Origin: Podarcis erhardii
Taxonomy: Eukaryota
Reading direction: 5' to 3' (one strand)
Length of the DNA stretch: 64,000 nucleotides
Assembly: GCA_964252035.1 (NCBI GenBank)
Contig: OZ176201.1
Positions 1-11,376 of the stretch are shown here, one piece after another (position 1 is the first letter of the stretch; each line of letters opens with the position of its first letter). A program made the translations under genes and the position numbers. The notes under the pieces are model-generated. The model did no database searches and was not told the origin of the DNA. It worked only from the letters and a program-made list of their open reading frames with translations.

Positions 1-1369
1 TATCGATTAGCTAAAGCACAGGAATTCATTAGACTATATCATACTTGAAATGCAGAAGTAAATCTTTGTATCTAGTGCTTAAACGCTTTCAGAGACTAGT
101 CTGGCATTACTAAAACCAAGAGAGTATGACCATAATAGACGATATTAAGGAAAGATGTCGGAACAGCAGCTAATGATAACTGAAGCGCTTGTGCCAACTA
201 AACTAATTAGGGGATGTTAATTGAAATAGTAAAACTTCTATAAGTGGCCTCAAGTCTTTATGTTTTTCATAATGAATGATCCTACATTACAGGAGACTAA
301 GAGTGTAGTCCTAAGCACACTTACAAGGAAGTAAGTGCCATTTAGCCCAGTGGGACTTCTGCCATGAGAACAGTAGTGCCCAAATTGTGAAATATCATAT
401 TTCAACACACTAAGTTTTGTAGTTGTGCAGTTGATTTTTGTAGATGTGGTTCTGGCACCCCCGGCAATGATTCCTTAAGCTGTCCCAACGTCACCAGGCA
501 GAGGGTCACTGGCTACCCTTTGGCTGAACTGCTCAGATTCTAGGAAGGGGCTTCCAGAGGTTAATTGATTTGTCCAGTTTTCCTCTTTTTTTGGCAGGGA
601 TTGTTATAAGTTGTTTTTAAATTGACATCTGTGTCACCTTTTAATAAACGTCCATTTATTACTGCCTAGAAATCAATTAGGCACTAATTAAATCATAGCC
701 ACTTAACACTAATTGTGTTGCCAGACCTTTTTTCCCTCTTTTTCCTTCCTTTCCTATTCCTTTCCCCAGATAATAACTTTATTGTAGTGGTAATGAAAAG
801 AGAGTGGAATGGTGAATCAAGGCTTTATTATTTTCACTGTCCTATTTATGAGGACCAGGTCAACCGAAATAGCTGAAGTGAAAGCAGAAGCAAGACAAAT
901 CATATAACTGGAGGACATCCTTATGATTCTAAATTAGTAAACTTACACAATTTCAATATAAGTTGGGTACTTCAATATTCTGAATGTGGTACAGTAATCT
1001 TGGTATGGCCATGAAAATGTTGCATTGTGAAACTGAATCTCATTCATTTGTATGAAATATATATTGTGATGTTAGCTGTCTGCTTTCCCACCCACAGTAT
1101 CGCCATCTTTGTCCAGCTTTTAGAAACTTCTCTCTCTCACTGTCCCTCTCTTCCCTCTCTCTTTCCCTCTCTCTCAAGAATAGCCTACTATTTCTCAGAG
1201 GAGCAACATTTAAAGCAACCTTTTTGCAGATACAGAATTCATAGCTTCTTATTTATTACATCTTTATTATCTTGTTGCCAAGGCAGCATTCACAAGCAAA
1301 CAATAAAATGCAGAAAAATAACAATCGAAAACATTAAAGCCACAGACAAAATTCTAAACCTAGTAAAGT

Positions 1370-1836
1370 CATATCCTGTTCCAAAACCAAAACATTCCAA
1401 AACCAATGTGCGCTTCCCATAGAAAGTAATGCAAAATGGATAAATCTGTTCCAGACTTTTAAAAACAACACCTAAAACAGCCATTTAACATGAATTTTAC
1501 TATCTAACAAGACCATTGATCCATAAAATGAAAGCAATAAACAATGTACTGCAGTCACACAATCAATCAGTAGCTGAACTGGGTTCCACACAGTCACAAA
1601 AACAAAACAAAAGAGCTGCAAAAACAAAAATGCAAAATAAATAGCAAAACCAAACAGATCTCAGCATAACACTCAAAACAGAAGCGTGGCACTCAAACTG
1701 GAAGCGTAACACTCAAAACAGAGCATGTTCAGCTTCCGAAAATAGTTCGCAAACTGGAACACTTACTTCCGGGTTTGCAGTGGTTGGGTTCCAAGCTGTT
1801 TGAGTACCAAGGCATTTTAGAACCAAGGTACCACTG
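1370..1836. mobile_element. Tc1/mariner (pogo/Tigger-like) non-autonomous element; left end degraded
   Basis: Ends in gaaccaaggtaccactg followed by TA, the reverse complement of the cagtggtacct terminus of the MITEs at 39104 and 42351. The left boundary is approximate. Confidence 0.6.
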
Positions 1837-2208
1837 TATCTGAAAGACATCCCCTCCAATCATTTCAACTGTTAAGATCCACAGAGGGCACTCTCTTGGT
1901 AGGTTCACCAGCTGCAGAAGTGCATATTAACATTTGTATTTTGTATTGTTGTAACCCACTCTGGGACCTTATGGTGAAAAGTTGGTAAGAAAACTTGTAA
2001 ATAAATAAATAAAAATCGCTAATAAGGTTCCTGTGTTGTCTTTAGTTACATCCTTTTGTATTCTTTTTCTTTTAGTGCTGTCATTTAGACCTAGCACATG
2101 GTAAGCATTGATTCAATATGAATAATCATTTATCCTTCTCAAATACAGTCCTCCTCAGTATCTCCCCGAGAGAGAAATATTCCCTTCACCCTCAAATTTC
2201 AAAATGTA

Positions 2209-2468
2209 CTGTATTTTTCGCTCTATAAGATGCACCAGACCACAAGACACACCTAGTTTTTGGAGGAGGAAAACAAGAAAAAAAAAATTCTGAATCTCAG
2301 ATGCCAGAACAGCAAGAGGGATCACTGCGCAGTGAAAGCAGCAATCCCTCTTGCTGTTCTGGCTTCTGGGATAGCTGCGCAGCCTGCATTCGCTCCATAA
2401 CACACACACACATTTCCCCTTAATTTTTTAGGAGGGAAAAAGTGAGTCTTATAGAGCAAAAAATACGG
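2209..2468. mobile_element. Tc1/mariner-type MITE (c[ct]gtattttt...aaaaatacgg)
   Basis: TIRs ctgtatttttcgctctataaga / tcttatagagcaaaaaatacgg, TA on both sides, and a central palindrome. Homologous to 3591-3840 and 46000-46258. Confidence 0.85.
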
Positions 2469-3590
2469 TAACTAGAAATCCAGCAGCAGTAAACTCGACA
2501 TAGAACATTATTTGCAAGAAAACGTTATTGGCAATCAGAATGAAGGTCTAATGAGAGTGGCGGCTTACATTTTAATCAAATATTTTAAATTCAATTTCTA
2601 TAGTATGACAGATGTTAGACATAATGAATGGATCTCCCCTAAAAGAATACTGGAAAGCAAGTCTTTTGCAAGGATTTTTGTTTGTTTGTTTGTTTACTCC
2701 ATGAGAATTCTTATTTCTTTTCATTGGATTTATTGACTTGAACAGAGGGTCCTTTCTTACATGAATTGTAGGAGTCATCATTTCTGTTTTATGCATATTC
2801 TGAACTGTGCCTTCATCTTCACTTCTTAGAACCCCTACACATTGTGGATCATTTATTTTATATGTTGGACAAGTGCACCTCAAGTAATGTGCAATGCTGA
2901 TATATTGAAATTGATGGGACAATCTAAAGGGTACTGTAATGAGGAAGTGCTTAAATATCAGTAGGCAATTGCCTTGTCATGAGTAAGTCCATTTTAAAGA
3001 TGTGAAACTGTATATTGTTTACAATATGCATCATTTTATATGCTCACTTGGAAGTCAGATATGGGAGATCATTAATCATATAAAAAAGTGACTAGCTCCT
3101 TATTCTCCTTTTCTATATAGCAGTTAATATTTGAATCACAAATAAAGGGAAACGATCATTTTGACATATAATTACAATTCATTCCAACCTTGGTCTTAAG
3201 GGAAGCAATTGGCAATGTATTTGTGAAACGAAAGTTGACCAGGAGAGAGAAAGAATGCTGAACTTGGAAACTGGTAAGTTCCTGGAAATTCTGTTCAAAT
3301 ATTGATTGGATTATTCTACTTGGATGAAGTCTGAAGCTTCAGAAGTGGAGATATATTTTTAGATAGCAGTGTGATAACATGCAAAACACCAGGGAGCAGA
3401 AGTTTATGGAATGCAGACACATTCACTGCCCCCCCCAATTATTTTCTTAAGCATTTCTGATTATTGTGTGTTTCACTCCATAAATATAATTTTACTTAAG
3501 ACAAAGAAGTGTGTGTGAGTCTGGGAGTGTGGGCCATGCTTTTTGTACACTCTCTGTTTGTGATGTAAGCTCATTTTAAAATATTATTTA

Positions 3591-3840
3591 CCGTATTTTT
3601 TGCTCTATAAGACTCACCTTTTCCCTCCTAAAAGTAAGGGGAAATGTGTGTGCGTCTTATGGAGCGAATGCAGGCTGCGCAGCTATCCCAGAAGCCAGAA
3701 CAGCAAGAGGGATCGCTGCACAGCGATCCCTCTTGTTGTTCTGGCTTCTGAGATTCAGAATATTTTTTTTCCTTGTTTTCCTCCTCCAAAAACTAGGTGC
3801 GTCTTGTGGTCTGGTGCGTCTTATAGAGCAAAAAATGCGC
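3591..3840. mobile_element. Tc1/mariner-type MITE, same family as 2209-2468, opposite orientation
   Basis: TIRs ccgtattttttgctctataaga / tcttatagagcaaaaaatgcgc, TA flanks and shared internal sequence. Confidence 0.85.
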
Positions 3841-3859
3841 TACTTCATTTCTGTACCAA

Positions 3860-4032
3860 TTTTCCTCCAAAGAGCTCAAAGTATGGTATGGCTCTCCCCC
3901 TCCCCTGTGAGCAAGGTTAGGTTGAGAGACAGTGATGGTCACCCAGTGAGCTCCATGGCCAGCTGGGGATTTGAACCTTGACATCTCATGCCCAAGTTCA
4001 ATTCTCTAACCTCTACACCACACTGGCTCTCT
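3860..4032 (-). mobile_element. MIR/Ther1-like tRNA-derived SINE fragment
   Basis: Minus strand reads gagagccagtgtggtgtagaggttagag...ggttcaaatcccc...ctgggtgacc, i.e. A and B boxes plus the CORE start. Similar to the head of 16437-16710. Confidence 0.6.
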
Positions 4033-4449
4033 CATTGGCTATATCTGGCCAATCTCAGGAACATAGGGTGTCAACAGTGGCATGTCGTCTGCGATCCCTT
4101 ATACTAGGAAACTGAGTGGAGAGAGATAAGTCTTTACTAGATTAACATCAGACCACGTGTGTATGTATCTTACAAATGTTCACATGATTAGTTTGTAGCA
4201 GACATTATCAATAATAACAGCTGAATTATTCATCCCTTGAGTTTTAATTTTCTACAGTACTGGTCGACAAATTGGTTTACAGATATTACGACTGCTCAGG
4301 TACTCAAGGGGCAGCCTATGAGGAAATACTTTATCTCTAATCACAGAATATGAAGCGGTGTTAAATTGCTTACACAATGTCACATATAATCTGATCTTGA
4401 ACAGTTCAGTTTGCATACGGTCAGTTTGCATACGGTCCAGGCACTACAG

Positions 4450-4698
4450 GTTACTGAATTCCAGTTGTGAATGCTTGGGGATGTTGAAAAGAGGTTTGAA
4501 CATCTGTAGCTCACCATAGGCTTCCTTGCCCCTCTTGGATCATTACACCAAGTGGGGGAGGAACTTATCAGCTGTGTCAAGGAAGTTGTGAAGGTTTCCA
4601 TTCAAGAGGGACCAGTCCCAGCTGCCTTAGAGGAGGTGGTTGTATGACTGCTCCTGGAGAAACTTGCCTTGGACCCAGAAAACCAAAATGATTACCAG
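4450..4698 (+). mobile_element. L2 LINE ORF2 fragment, decayed
   Basis: Translates with stops to ...EEVVV*LLLEKLALDPENQNDYQ, matching the L2 motif KEAVVxPLLKKPxLDPxxxxNYRP. Confidence 0.65.
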
Positions 4699-4699
4699 C

Positions 4700-4870
4700 T
4701 TGTTGTTTAGTCATTTAGTCGTGTCCGACTCTTTGTGACACCATGGACCAGAGCATGCCAGGTACTCCTGTCTTCCACTGCCTCCCGCAGTTTGGTCAAA
4801 CTCATGCTGGTAGCTTTGAGAACACTGTCCAACCATCTCGTCCTCTGTCATCTCCTTCTCCTTGTGCCCT
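4700..4870 (-). mobile_element. BovB (RTE) LINE 3' end, 5'-truncated
   Basis: ttgttgtttagtcatttagtcgtgtccgactc...catggaccagagcatgccagg, the reverse complement of the BovB 3' end with its short-repeat tail. Near-identical to 15282-15396. Confidence 0.8.
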
Positions 4871-6724
4871 TCTAGTACCAGATACCAGGAGGCTATTGCT
4901 GGAGCTCTGCTCTCCCCGGGTGAAGTACTTCTGTCAATACGAAGGAAGTGTTGCTAATGGCAGAGGACAGAGATGAAGGCTGTGACTGAATGTTGCAGGT
5001 GCTGTAACACAACACATGGGAAGTCTTCAGCCTGTCCAGTGATGCCAGTGACATTATTGGCCTCTGCACTTTGGAGAGCTTCCTTCATTCCACATTGTGG
5101 CATTGGACTATGCAGCCCATGCATTTCCTCCTCTGCTTCTGAGTAAACATACCCCATGGTTGCTGCCCAAGGCAAAGACCAGAAATGGTCAAAGGACATA
5201 CTGTGTGCAGATGTGCTTAGCCTATTGCACAGGATTCATTGTTCTGGATAGCAAAGATGGGTGTAATACTGCAAGTCCACAACTTAAGGTTTCTAAGAAA
5301 AGGGTGGGGAGGAAGCAAGTAGCTTTCAGTTAGCATGGTATGAAATTGTCTTATTGAAGCACACTGTCCTAAGCCATTGTATAGGATTAGCAGTAAGAAG
5401 AAGCTTTGCTTCTGGGTTCTCCAACTCCCATTTCACACCCTTAACACACCACTACATACGTCTTGTCACAATTAGTGCAATTACCTAGCAAGTGCATATT
5501 TCAGTATGAATACTGCCGAAGGTTCTTTTCGTATTTCATTTTTATTTGTTTGTCCTAAAGAGCAATGCATATCCAAGCAAGGGATTAAATCTCTTTCTTG
5601 AAGTGCAGCAATAAAATTGTAGTTGTAATGAAATTCAGCTGATATATAGGGTGGTATTTTATTTAGCCTTTTGAATAAAAAAGCAGTTTCCATTCCTGAT
5701 CAGAATAATTCATGGCTGTGCAGCTGAATCCAAGTTTTAATTGTCCTTGTTTTTCATATATAAGTTAAATATGGTTTGGATTAATTGTCACCATATACAA
5801 TCAGGTTTGTATATGCCTCTGTGAATCTCTATGGAAGATGCATTCAGGTTGAAGAGCAATTCATTTCTTTAGTAGTATTAACAAAACAAGAATCCTATTT
5901 CCATATTTTTGCAATTATACACTGAGACTTATCATCAGCAAAGAAAGAAGTAATTTGGGTTTTATAAAAAGGAACAGTTCAGTCCTGATTTTCTTTAAAC
6001 CATTTTTCCAATATTCGTACAAACAGGCAGATACATGTTTACTTTAAAGAAATATGCCAGTCACGGGATACACAATTTGGTTATCTGTCCCATCGTATTC
6101 TGAACCTAAATTCACTTCTTCACTAAAAGGCACAACTTACTCATTTCATGGACCATTACCTTCCCAGGCCAGATTTTCAGGTGGAGGCTCTGTGTGCTAC
6201 CAGCGGGCCACGATTTCCAGTTCATAATTGTAGTTCCCCACAAACACTGTAATTATGTGGATAAACTCATCAGCCTTAAGAAAATGCTCCACTGGCACAA
6301 GTACTCTCTGCCTTACAGCTGGCTTGTCAAGCACACACAGCAGCGTAAATGGGCTCTGGAAAGTGTTTAAGGCTCAAAAAGACTGGAAGGGCATCTTGCC
6401 CAAGTAATGGCAGGAAGTAGAGGATGAGGGAGAAATTGAGGTCAGTAAGGTTTTAATGTGAACCTATCTAATTGGCAGTTCCCCAAGCAATACACAAACT
6501 GAAACACAGTTATCCTTCAGAATTCACACTTATCCAAATTGTGCAATGTTCACCAGCCTAAAAGTGTGTACAAAATCCATCTATTGGGGCATGTGTGGAT
6601 AAAAATGCAAATATCAGTGAAAATAGCATACAAAATGCATTTAATTCACTTTCCAAAAACTGCACACCCTCCAACATTTTCTGATGAAAATAGCGTACGA
6701 CCCATTCCATAATGATAATTTTAC

Positions 6725-6860
6725 TATTTATACCCCACATATCTTCCTGGGTTGCCCCAGCCACTCTGGGCAGCTTCTAACATATATAAAAGCATAATAA
6801 AACATTAAACATTTTTTTAAAAAAACCCTTCCATATACAGGATTGCCTTCAGACACCTCA
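6725..6860 (-). mobile_element. L2 LINE 3' end
   Basis: Reverse complement of gaagctgcccagagtggctggggcaaccc...ggggtataaata, the same terminus as the L2 at 21080-21465. Confidence 0.65.
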
Positions 6861-6984
6861 GGAGTTGGATAACTCCATTCCCTCCAACATTTCTCCAATG
6901 AAATTACAGATGTTCTAAGGAAAAGTGGGACTTTCCAGAATCAAATCAGAAACCAAGATGGTTTCTCTAAATCAGGGACATCCC

Positions 6985-8946
6985 AGACTTCCGGGTTAGC
7001 GCCATCGCCTTATGGCGGATTCCCTCCGAGCTCCGGAGGGAATCGGCTCAGTAGGAGACGGGTCCTGCCGCCACGGCGACACGGGGATCCTCAGAAACCA
7101 CAGGCGCTGAAGCCTGTGGACCTGGTGACTCGGCGGGCACCATCTGCGCCCTCCCCGACCCGAGAAGGAGCCTTTTTAAAGGCTTTGGAACGGGGGACGG
7201 GGAGAGGCGCGGTGCTGAGAGTCGACTGCTACTCCTACTGAGGGAAGCCGCATGCCATGGTCGGAGAGCCCTGACTTCTTCCTTTGAACATTTGGACCCA
7301 AAGTAAAAGCCCGTGAGTAATATGGCAATTGGATTTATAAAAGAAAGATTTTTTTTTTGTCTGAATTCGGCACGATCGGGGAAGGCGCAAAGAGGAAGTC
7401 CATCTCCCCGCCTTGTAAACAATTTGAAGCAAGGACTAAATAACTAAGGTCGAGAGAACATCTCTTTTTTATTGGATAAAGCTATTAATTGCACAGATTG
7501 ATAGGATAAGTAATTGTGCTGGAGGACAAGAGCTAACTTTGAGAGCTAAAGTGCCACCCCCCCCCGGGACCCGGGAGTGATCCGCGAGAGGAGCCTGTTG
7601 AGGAGACACAGAAGATTTTGACAGTTGTCAAATTAGCTGTCAAAGTTGGAAAAAATAGAGAACTTTGTTTCTGATGTTCTTGCTGGTTACATTAGTTACA
7701 ATATAATTATAAATTGTTGAAAATAAAGAAGAACTGAAACAAGTTAACTTGACTTTTGGGCTGGAAGTGGAAGGAATACTGAATAACCAGAATCCCTCTA
7801 GAGGGGGTTCAGGGACATTACAAGAATGGATATAGGTCGAAAAATACTAGCTGATCTGGATGAGGTTTTTTTTCTCTTGGGAAAGTTGCAAGAGCAAAGT
7901 CATGTTTTGTCTACAAGTGTCACAACTTTGAAGTCAACAGTAAATAAATCTACTGAGTTGGATAAGGACTTGATGTACAAAGTCCAGGCAGCTGAACAAG
8001 AAAAGAAATTTGAGAAATTTGAGGAAGTGGAGAAAGAGATATATGCTGAACAGGAGGAGCAGGAAGGAGGGGCTGTAATGCTGCAGAAGGCAAAGGAGAG
8101 CCGGAGGCCTGTCAAGATGGATATAAAAGAAAATAAGGACTGGATGATGAAAATTTGGTTTGAATTGAAGAATGAGGAATGGAAAGATCTCCTTCTGTGG
8201 AGATCTGAAGATCTATGGACTATAAATCTGATTAAGGTGGAAGTTGGAGATTTTGGGACATTTGGACTTAAAAGGATTAAGAAACAATATTTGAGCTCCA
8301 CCTTTAAATATGGAGGTCTGGCTGGAAGGAACATGGACATTATCGGGACAGAGCCCCTCCGAGATTTGGTGTTTAATACAAAGGACTATAAAAAAAACCG
8401 GCAGAGAGGAACTGAGAGAGATTTAAGAGCCTCAGACATGAGGTCTCCAGGCTGATAGCAGATGGACTAATGGACAATGGTTCAGGGATCGAAACCGGGA
8501 AAGGGAGGGTGGGGTTTGGGAATCCAAAGGGTGTACAAATATATTCTGATTCTTTCTATTTTTTCATTTTTTGCTTTGTGATTAGTATAAAAATGGGGAA
8601 TTCGTGGAAGGGAAATTGGGTCAATCTTAGAAAAAGTCTTTAAGTATGACGATTGATGTATATAAGTTAAAATTTGATATATAAATTGAATTAAATATAA
8701 TAATAAATTAAGGTTAAAAATTAGGGATAAGAACTTGTTGAACAAATATTTGGACATGGAATACAAGAAGGCGAGGCGAGGGGAAGTTGCGGAAAAAAGT
8801 TATTGAAAATAAGGACTGTAAATGTTGAATGTCTTTTAATTCTGCTTTTTCTTTCTTTATTTTATCTTTTCTGGAAAATTGTTTTGTCGTTTTTTGCTTT
8901 TGTGTATTATTTGAAACTCTAATAAATATCATTTTAAAAAAATAAA
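6985..8946 (+). mobile_element. Full-length non-autonomous L1/Tx1-type retroelement (~1.96 kb, no RT)
   Basis: 17-bp TSD taaatcagggacatccc at 6968-6984 and 8947-8963. CpG-rich 5' end starting agacttccggg, one ORF, and an L1-like 3' UTR with aataaa and an A-rich tail. Confidence 0.85.
7826..8455 (+). CDS. 209-aa E/K-rich coiled-coil ORF of the non-autonomous element (ORF1-like)
   Basis: Uninterrupted ATG-to-stop ORF inside the TSD-bounded element. The N-terminal half is E/K/Q/L-rich with a heptad-like pattern; no RT or endonuclease motifs. Confidence 0.55.
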   Translation: MDIGRKILADLDEVFFLLGKLQEQSHVLSTSVTTLKSTVNKSTELDKDLMYKVQAAEQEKKFEKFEEVEKEIYAEQEEQEGGAVMLQKAKESRRPVKMDIKENKDWMMKIWFELKNEEWKDLLLWRSEDLWTINLIKVEVGDFGTFGLKRIKKQYLSSTFKYGGLAGRNMDIIGTEPLRDLVFNTKDYKKNRQRGTERDLRASDMRSPG

Positions 8947-9494
8947 TAAATCAGGGACATCCCTGGAATATAGGGACACTTGGGGGATCTGAAACTATTT
9001 ATTTGACAAAATTGCATATGGAAATGTGTATATTGAGAGAAATGCACACAAAAATACTGATGAATTTTCATGAAGACTTTTAAAGAAGAAACTAACGCAT
9101 CTAAAGCAGAAATATAATAAAGGAAGTTGGTAAAGGAGCAGCTAAGAGATACCAAAACTGACTGACTTGTCCTTCCCAAGCAACAAGGCAACCCTTGAAA
9201 CCTGACAAGACAATCATATCTATAGCTTGTAATTCAGGATTCCAACTAAGTTGCTGTTGCTTTGCTTTTATATGCCTGTGATCTGGGATGCAGTGTACAC
9301 TTATTGAACATGATAACATAAGGAATCTAGAATATACTGCAGATTCCTATGAATTATATAGTTCCTAAGTTTGGTGTCCTACTACCATTTCTCCAAGAGT
9401 GATGTTTCATTGTGTGAAGACATCTAAGTTGAGAGATGGTGAGTCACCCAGTGAGCTTTATAAGCATAGGGAAAAATTGAAACTTGGGCTGAAA

Positions 9495-9830
9495 TCGTAA
9501 GAAAAGTCTGCTGGATCAGGCCAATGGCCCATCTAGTCCAGCACCCTGTTCTCACTGTGGATAGCCAGATTCCTGTGGGAAGCCTGCAAGCAGGACCTGA
9601 GCACACGGACACTCTCACCTCCTCCAGTTTTTATTAACTAGCATTCAGAATGATACTGCCTTCAAGCATGAAAGCAGAGCCGAGCCACTATGCCTTGTAG
9701 CTACTGATAATCATATTGTCCACGAATTGGTCAAATCTTCTTTCAAAGCCATCCAAGTTGATGTCCATGCCTGCCTGTGGGATCAAGTCCCATAGTTTAA
9801 CTATGCACTGTCCTGAACTTCCTTTTATCT
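9495..9830 (-). mobile_element. CR1-type LINE 3' region (or CR1-tailed SINE)
   Basis: Starts aagaaaagtctgctggatcaggccaatggcccatctagtccagca, the reverse complement of a typical squamate CR1 3' end. Confidence 0.55.
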
Positions 9831-9849
9831 GTCGCGAGTTATTGCATCC

Positions 9850-10610
9850 AAGTCTAGTTTTCTTTTCTTTTCTTTTCTTTTTCTTTTCTTTTACTTTACT
9901 TTATTTTCAAAAATTACAACATAAAATATAAACAAAATAATACATTAATAAAAAAAATCAAAGAAATAAAAAAAGAAAAAAAGAAAAACAACCACAAAAC
10001 TTAAACAAACATACACTTTGACTCCCTTCCATCCTTTTGAGACTGCAACTTTTCATTTTATCTTAATTGTTGTGTTATATATATGTATATATATGTTAAA
10101 GGTAAAGGTACCCCTGACCATTAGGTCCAATCGTGAACGACTCTGGGGTTGCGGCGCTCATCTTGCTCTATAGGCTGAGGGAGCTGGCGTTTGTCCACAG
10201 ACAGCTTCCGGGTCATGTGGCCAGCATGACTAAGTCGCTTCTGGCAAACCAGAGCAGTGCATGGAAATGCCGTTTACCTTCCTGCCAGAGTGGTACCTAT
10301 TTATCTACTTGCACTTGATATGCTTTAGAACTGCTAGGTGAGCAGGAGCTGGGACCGAGCAACGGGAGCTCACCCTGTTGCAGGGATTCGAACCACTGAC
10401 CTAGCTTTATACCTTTTATAACAATTTCTTCATTCCCTTGACCTTGCAAACTTCATTCATTACATACCGATATGTTTATTCCAGAGCAATGTTTTTTTTC
10501 ATATACTCTTTAACACAGTCCCATTCTTTTATTAATTGTTTATCTGATTGTCTAGTTTTCTAGGCCGGAGTCATACTGGCTCATTCTAGATTTGTTATAA
10601 AATGCAGGAA
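9850..10610 (-). mobile_element. L1-type LINE 3' fragment, interrupted by a Sauria SINE
   Basis: Minus strand encodes IKEWDCVKEYMKKN, comparable to EEEWKKFKDYLNKN at the C-terminus of ORF 59284-60024. It continues into a T-rich 3' UTR and (ttttc)n tail. Confidence 0.55.
10098..10402 (-). mobile_element. Sauria SINE (Squam1), 5' end missing
   Basis: aaaggtaaaggtacccctgaccattaggtcc...ggattcgaacc; homologous to 37737-38094, 42657-43021 and 56179-56523. Confidence 0.9.
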
Positions 10611-10800
10611 GCTATTGGGCTCATATCCTGCTTGTGGGCTTCTCATAGGCTTTAGGTTGGGCCATTGTGAGAAAGCCACTTCCGGGCCTGCCCCAGGAGG
10701 TGGGGTTGCGGGCTTCACGCCCACCCCACGTGAGCGGGGGCTGGCTCCAGCCCCCGCGAGAGCAAGGGATTCCCCGTCGGGCCGGCCCCCCCCCAGCCAG

Positions 10801-10875
10801 CCAATCAGCTGGGCGGCTGGGGGGCGTGGCTTGCCCTATTTAGGGCCAGCGCGGAGGGGGCTCGCTCTCTTTTCG
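10801..10875 (+). promoter_or_regulatory. Pol II promoter-like cluster in the mini-element
   Basis: CCAAT at 10801, GC boxes gggcgg (10811) and ggggcgtggc (10821), TATA-like tattta (10837), and a pyrimidine-rich Inr/TCT-like ctctcttttc about 30 bp downstream. Confidence 0.55.
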
Positions 10876-11058
10876 CCGGCTCGCCCCCACGTTTTCCCAC
10901 CCTCCCTCCCTTTCAGTAGGTTAGGCTTAGTCAGGCCTTTGACATTGCTATGGACTTCGGTCTGTCGCCGCAAGGGGCATGGTAGGAATTTTTCCCAATT
11001 GGCAACTTCGGGCCTTTTGGTTTTTCGCCTACTTCGTAGCAACTCGTCACAACTTCTC

Positions 11059-11355
11059 GGCATTGGCGGTAGGCATTGGTAAGAAGGGGTTAAGACGATG
11101 TGGGGGGGGGGAGGAACGCCATCACTTCCCCCCAGCGAGCGAAGGGTGGTCCGTTAAAGGACCCCGGGGGTGTGGCCCTGTCCGAAGCCTATGGAGGTGT
11201 GGGCCAAAGGCACGCCCCAGAGCGGTGACCCGGGGGAGCTCCTAGCCGACGTGCCTCGCGGGAGTCTCCCCCGATATAAGGTTAACCCTTCCCCGTGTCT
11301 CCAGCAAATGGGCTGGAGCCGGATAGCCGTTAGGACCAATGCCTATGCCAATGCC
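11059..11355 (+). ncRNA. Candidate structured RNA cassette, copy A
   Basis: Closing inverted repeat ggcattggcggtaggcattggt (11059-11080) / accaatgcctatgccaatgcc (11335-11355). Internal hairpins ggtcc-gttaaa-ggacc, ggggtgt/acgcccc, ggccc/gggcc and ctccagc/gctggag. Homologous to copies B and C. Confidence 0.55.
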
Positions 11356-11361
11356 TCTCAT

Positions 11362-11376
11362 TCCTGAATTCAATAA
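11362..11376 (+). terminator. Poly(A) signal with conserved downstream motif (aataaagttgtggcc)
   Basis: The identical 15-mer follows cassette B on the minus strand (58281-58295), and a GT-rich tract lies downstream. Confidence 0.55.

Noticed and set aside
3201-3273. Possible 73-nt exon (AG...GTAAGT, GSNWQCICETKVDQERERMLNLET)
   Set aside because: The splice sites are plausible, but the peptide is unrecognised and no partner exons were found.
6985-7060. HDV-like ribozyme at the 5' end of the non-autonomous L1 (P4-like hairpin followed by ggctcag)
   Set aside because: No consistent P1/P2/P3 can be built in the 33 nt upstream, and the would-be L3 is too short.
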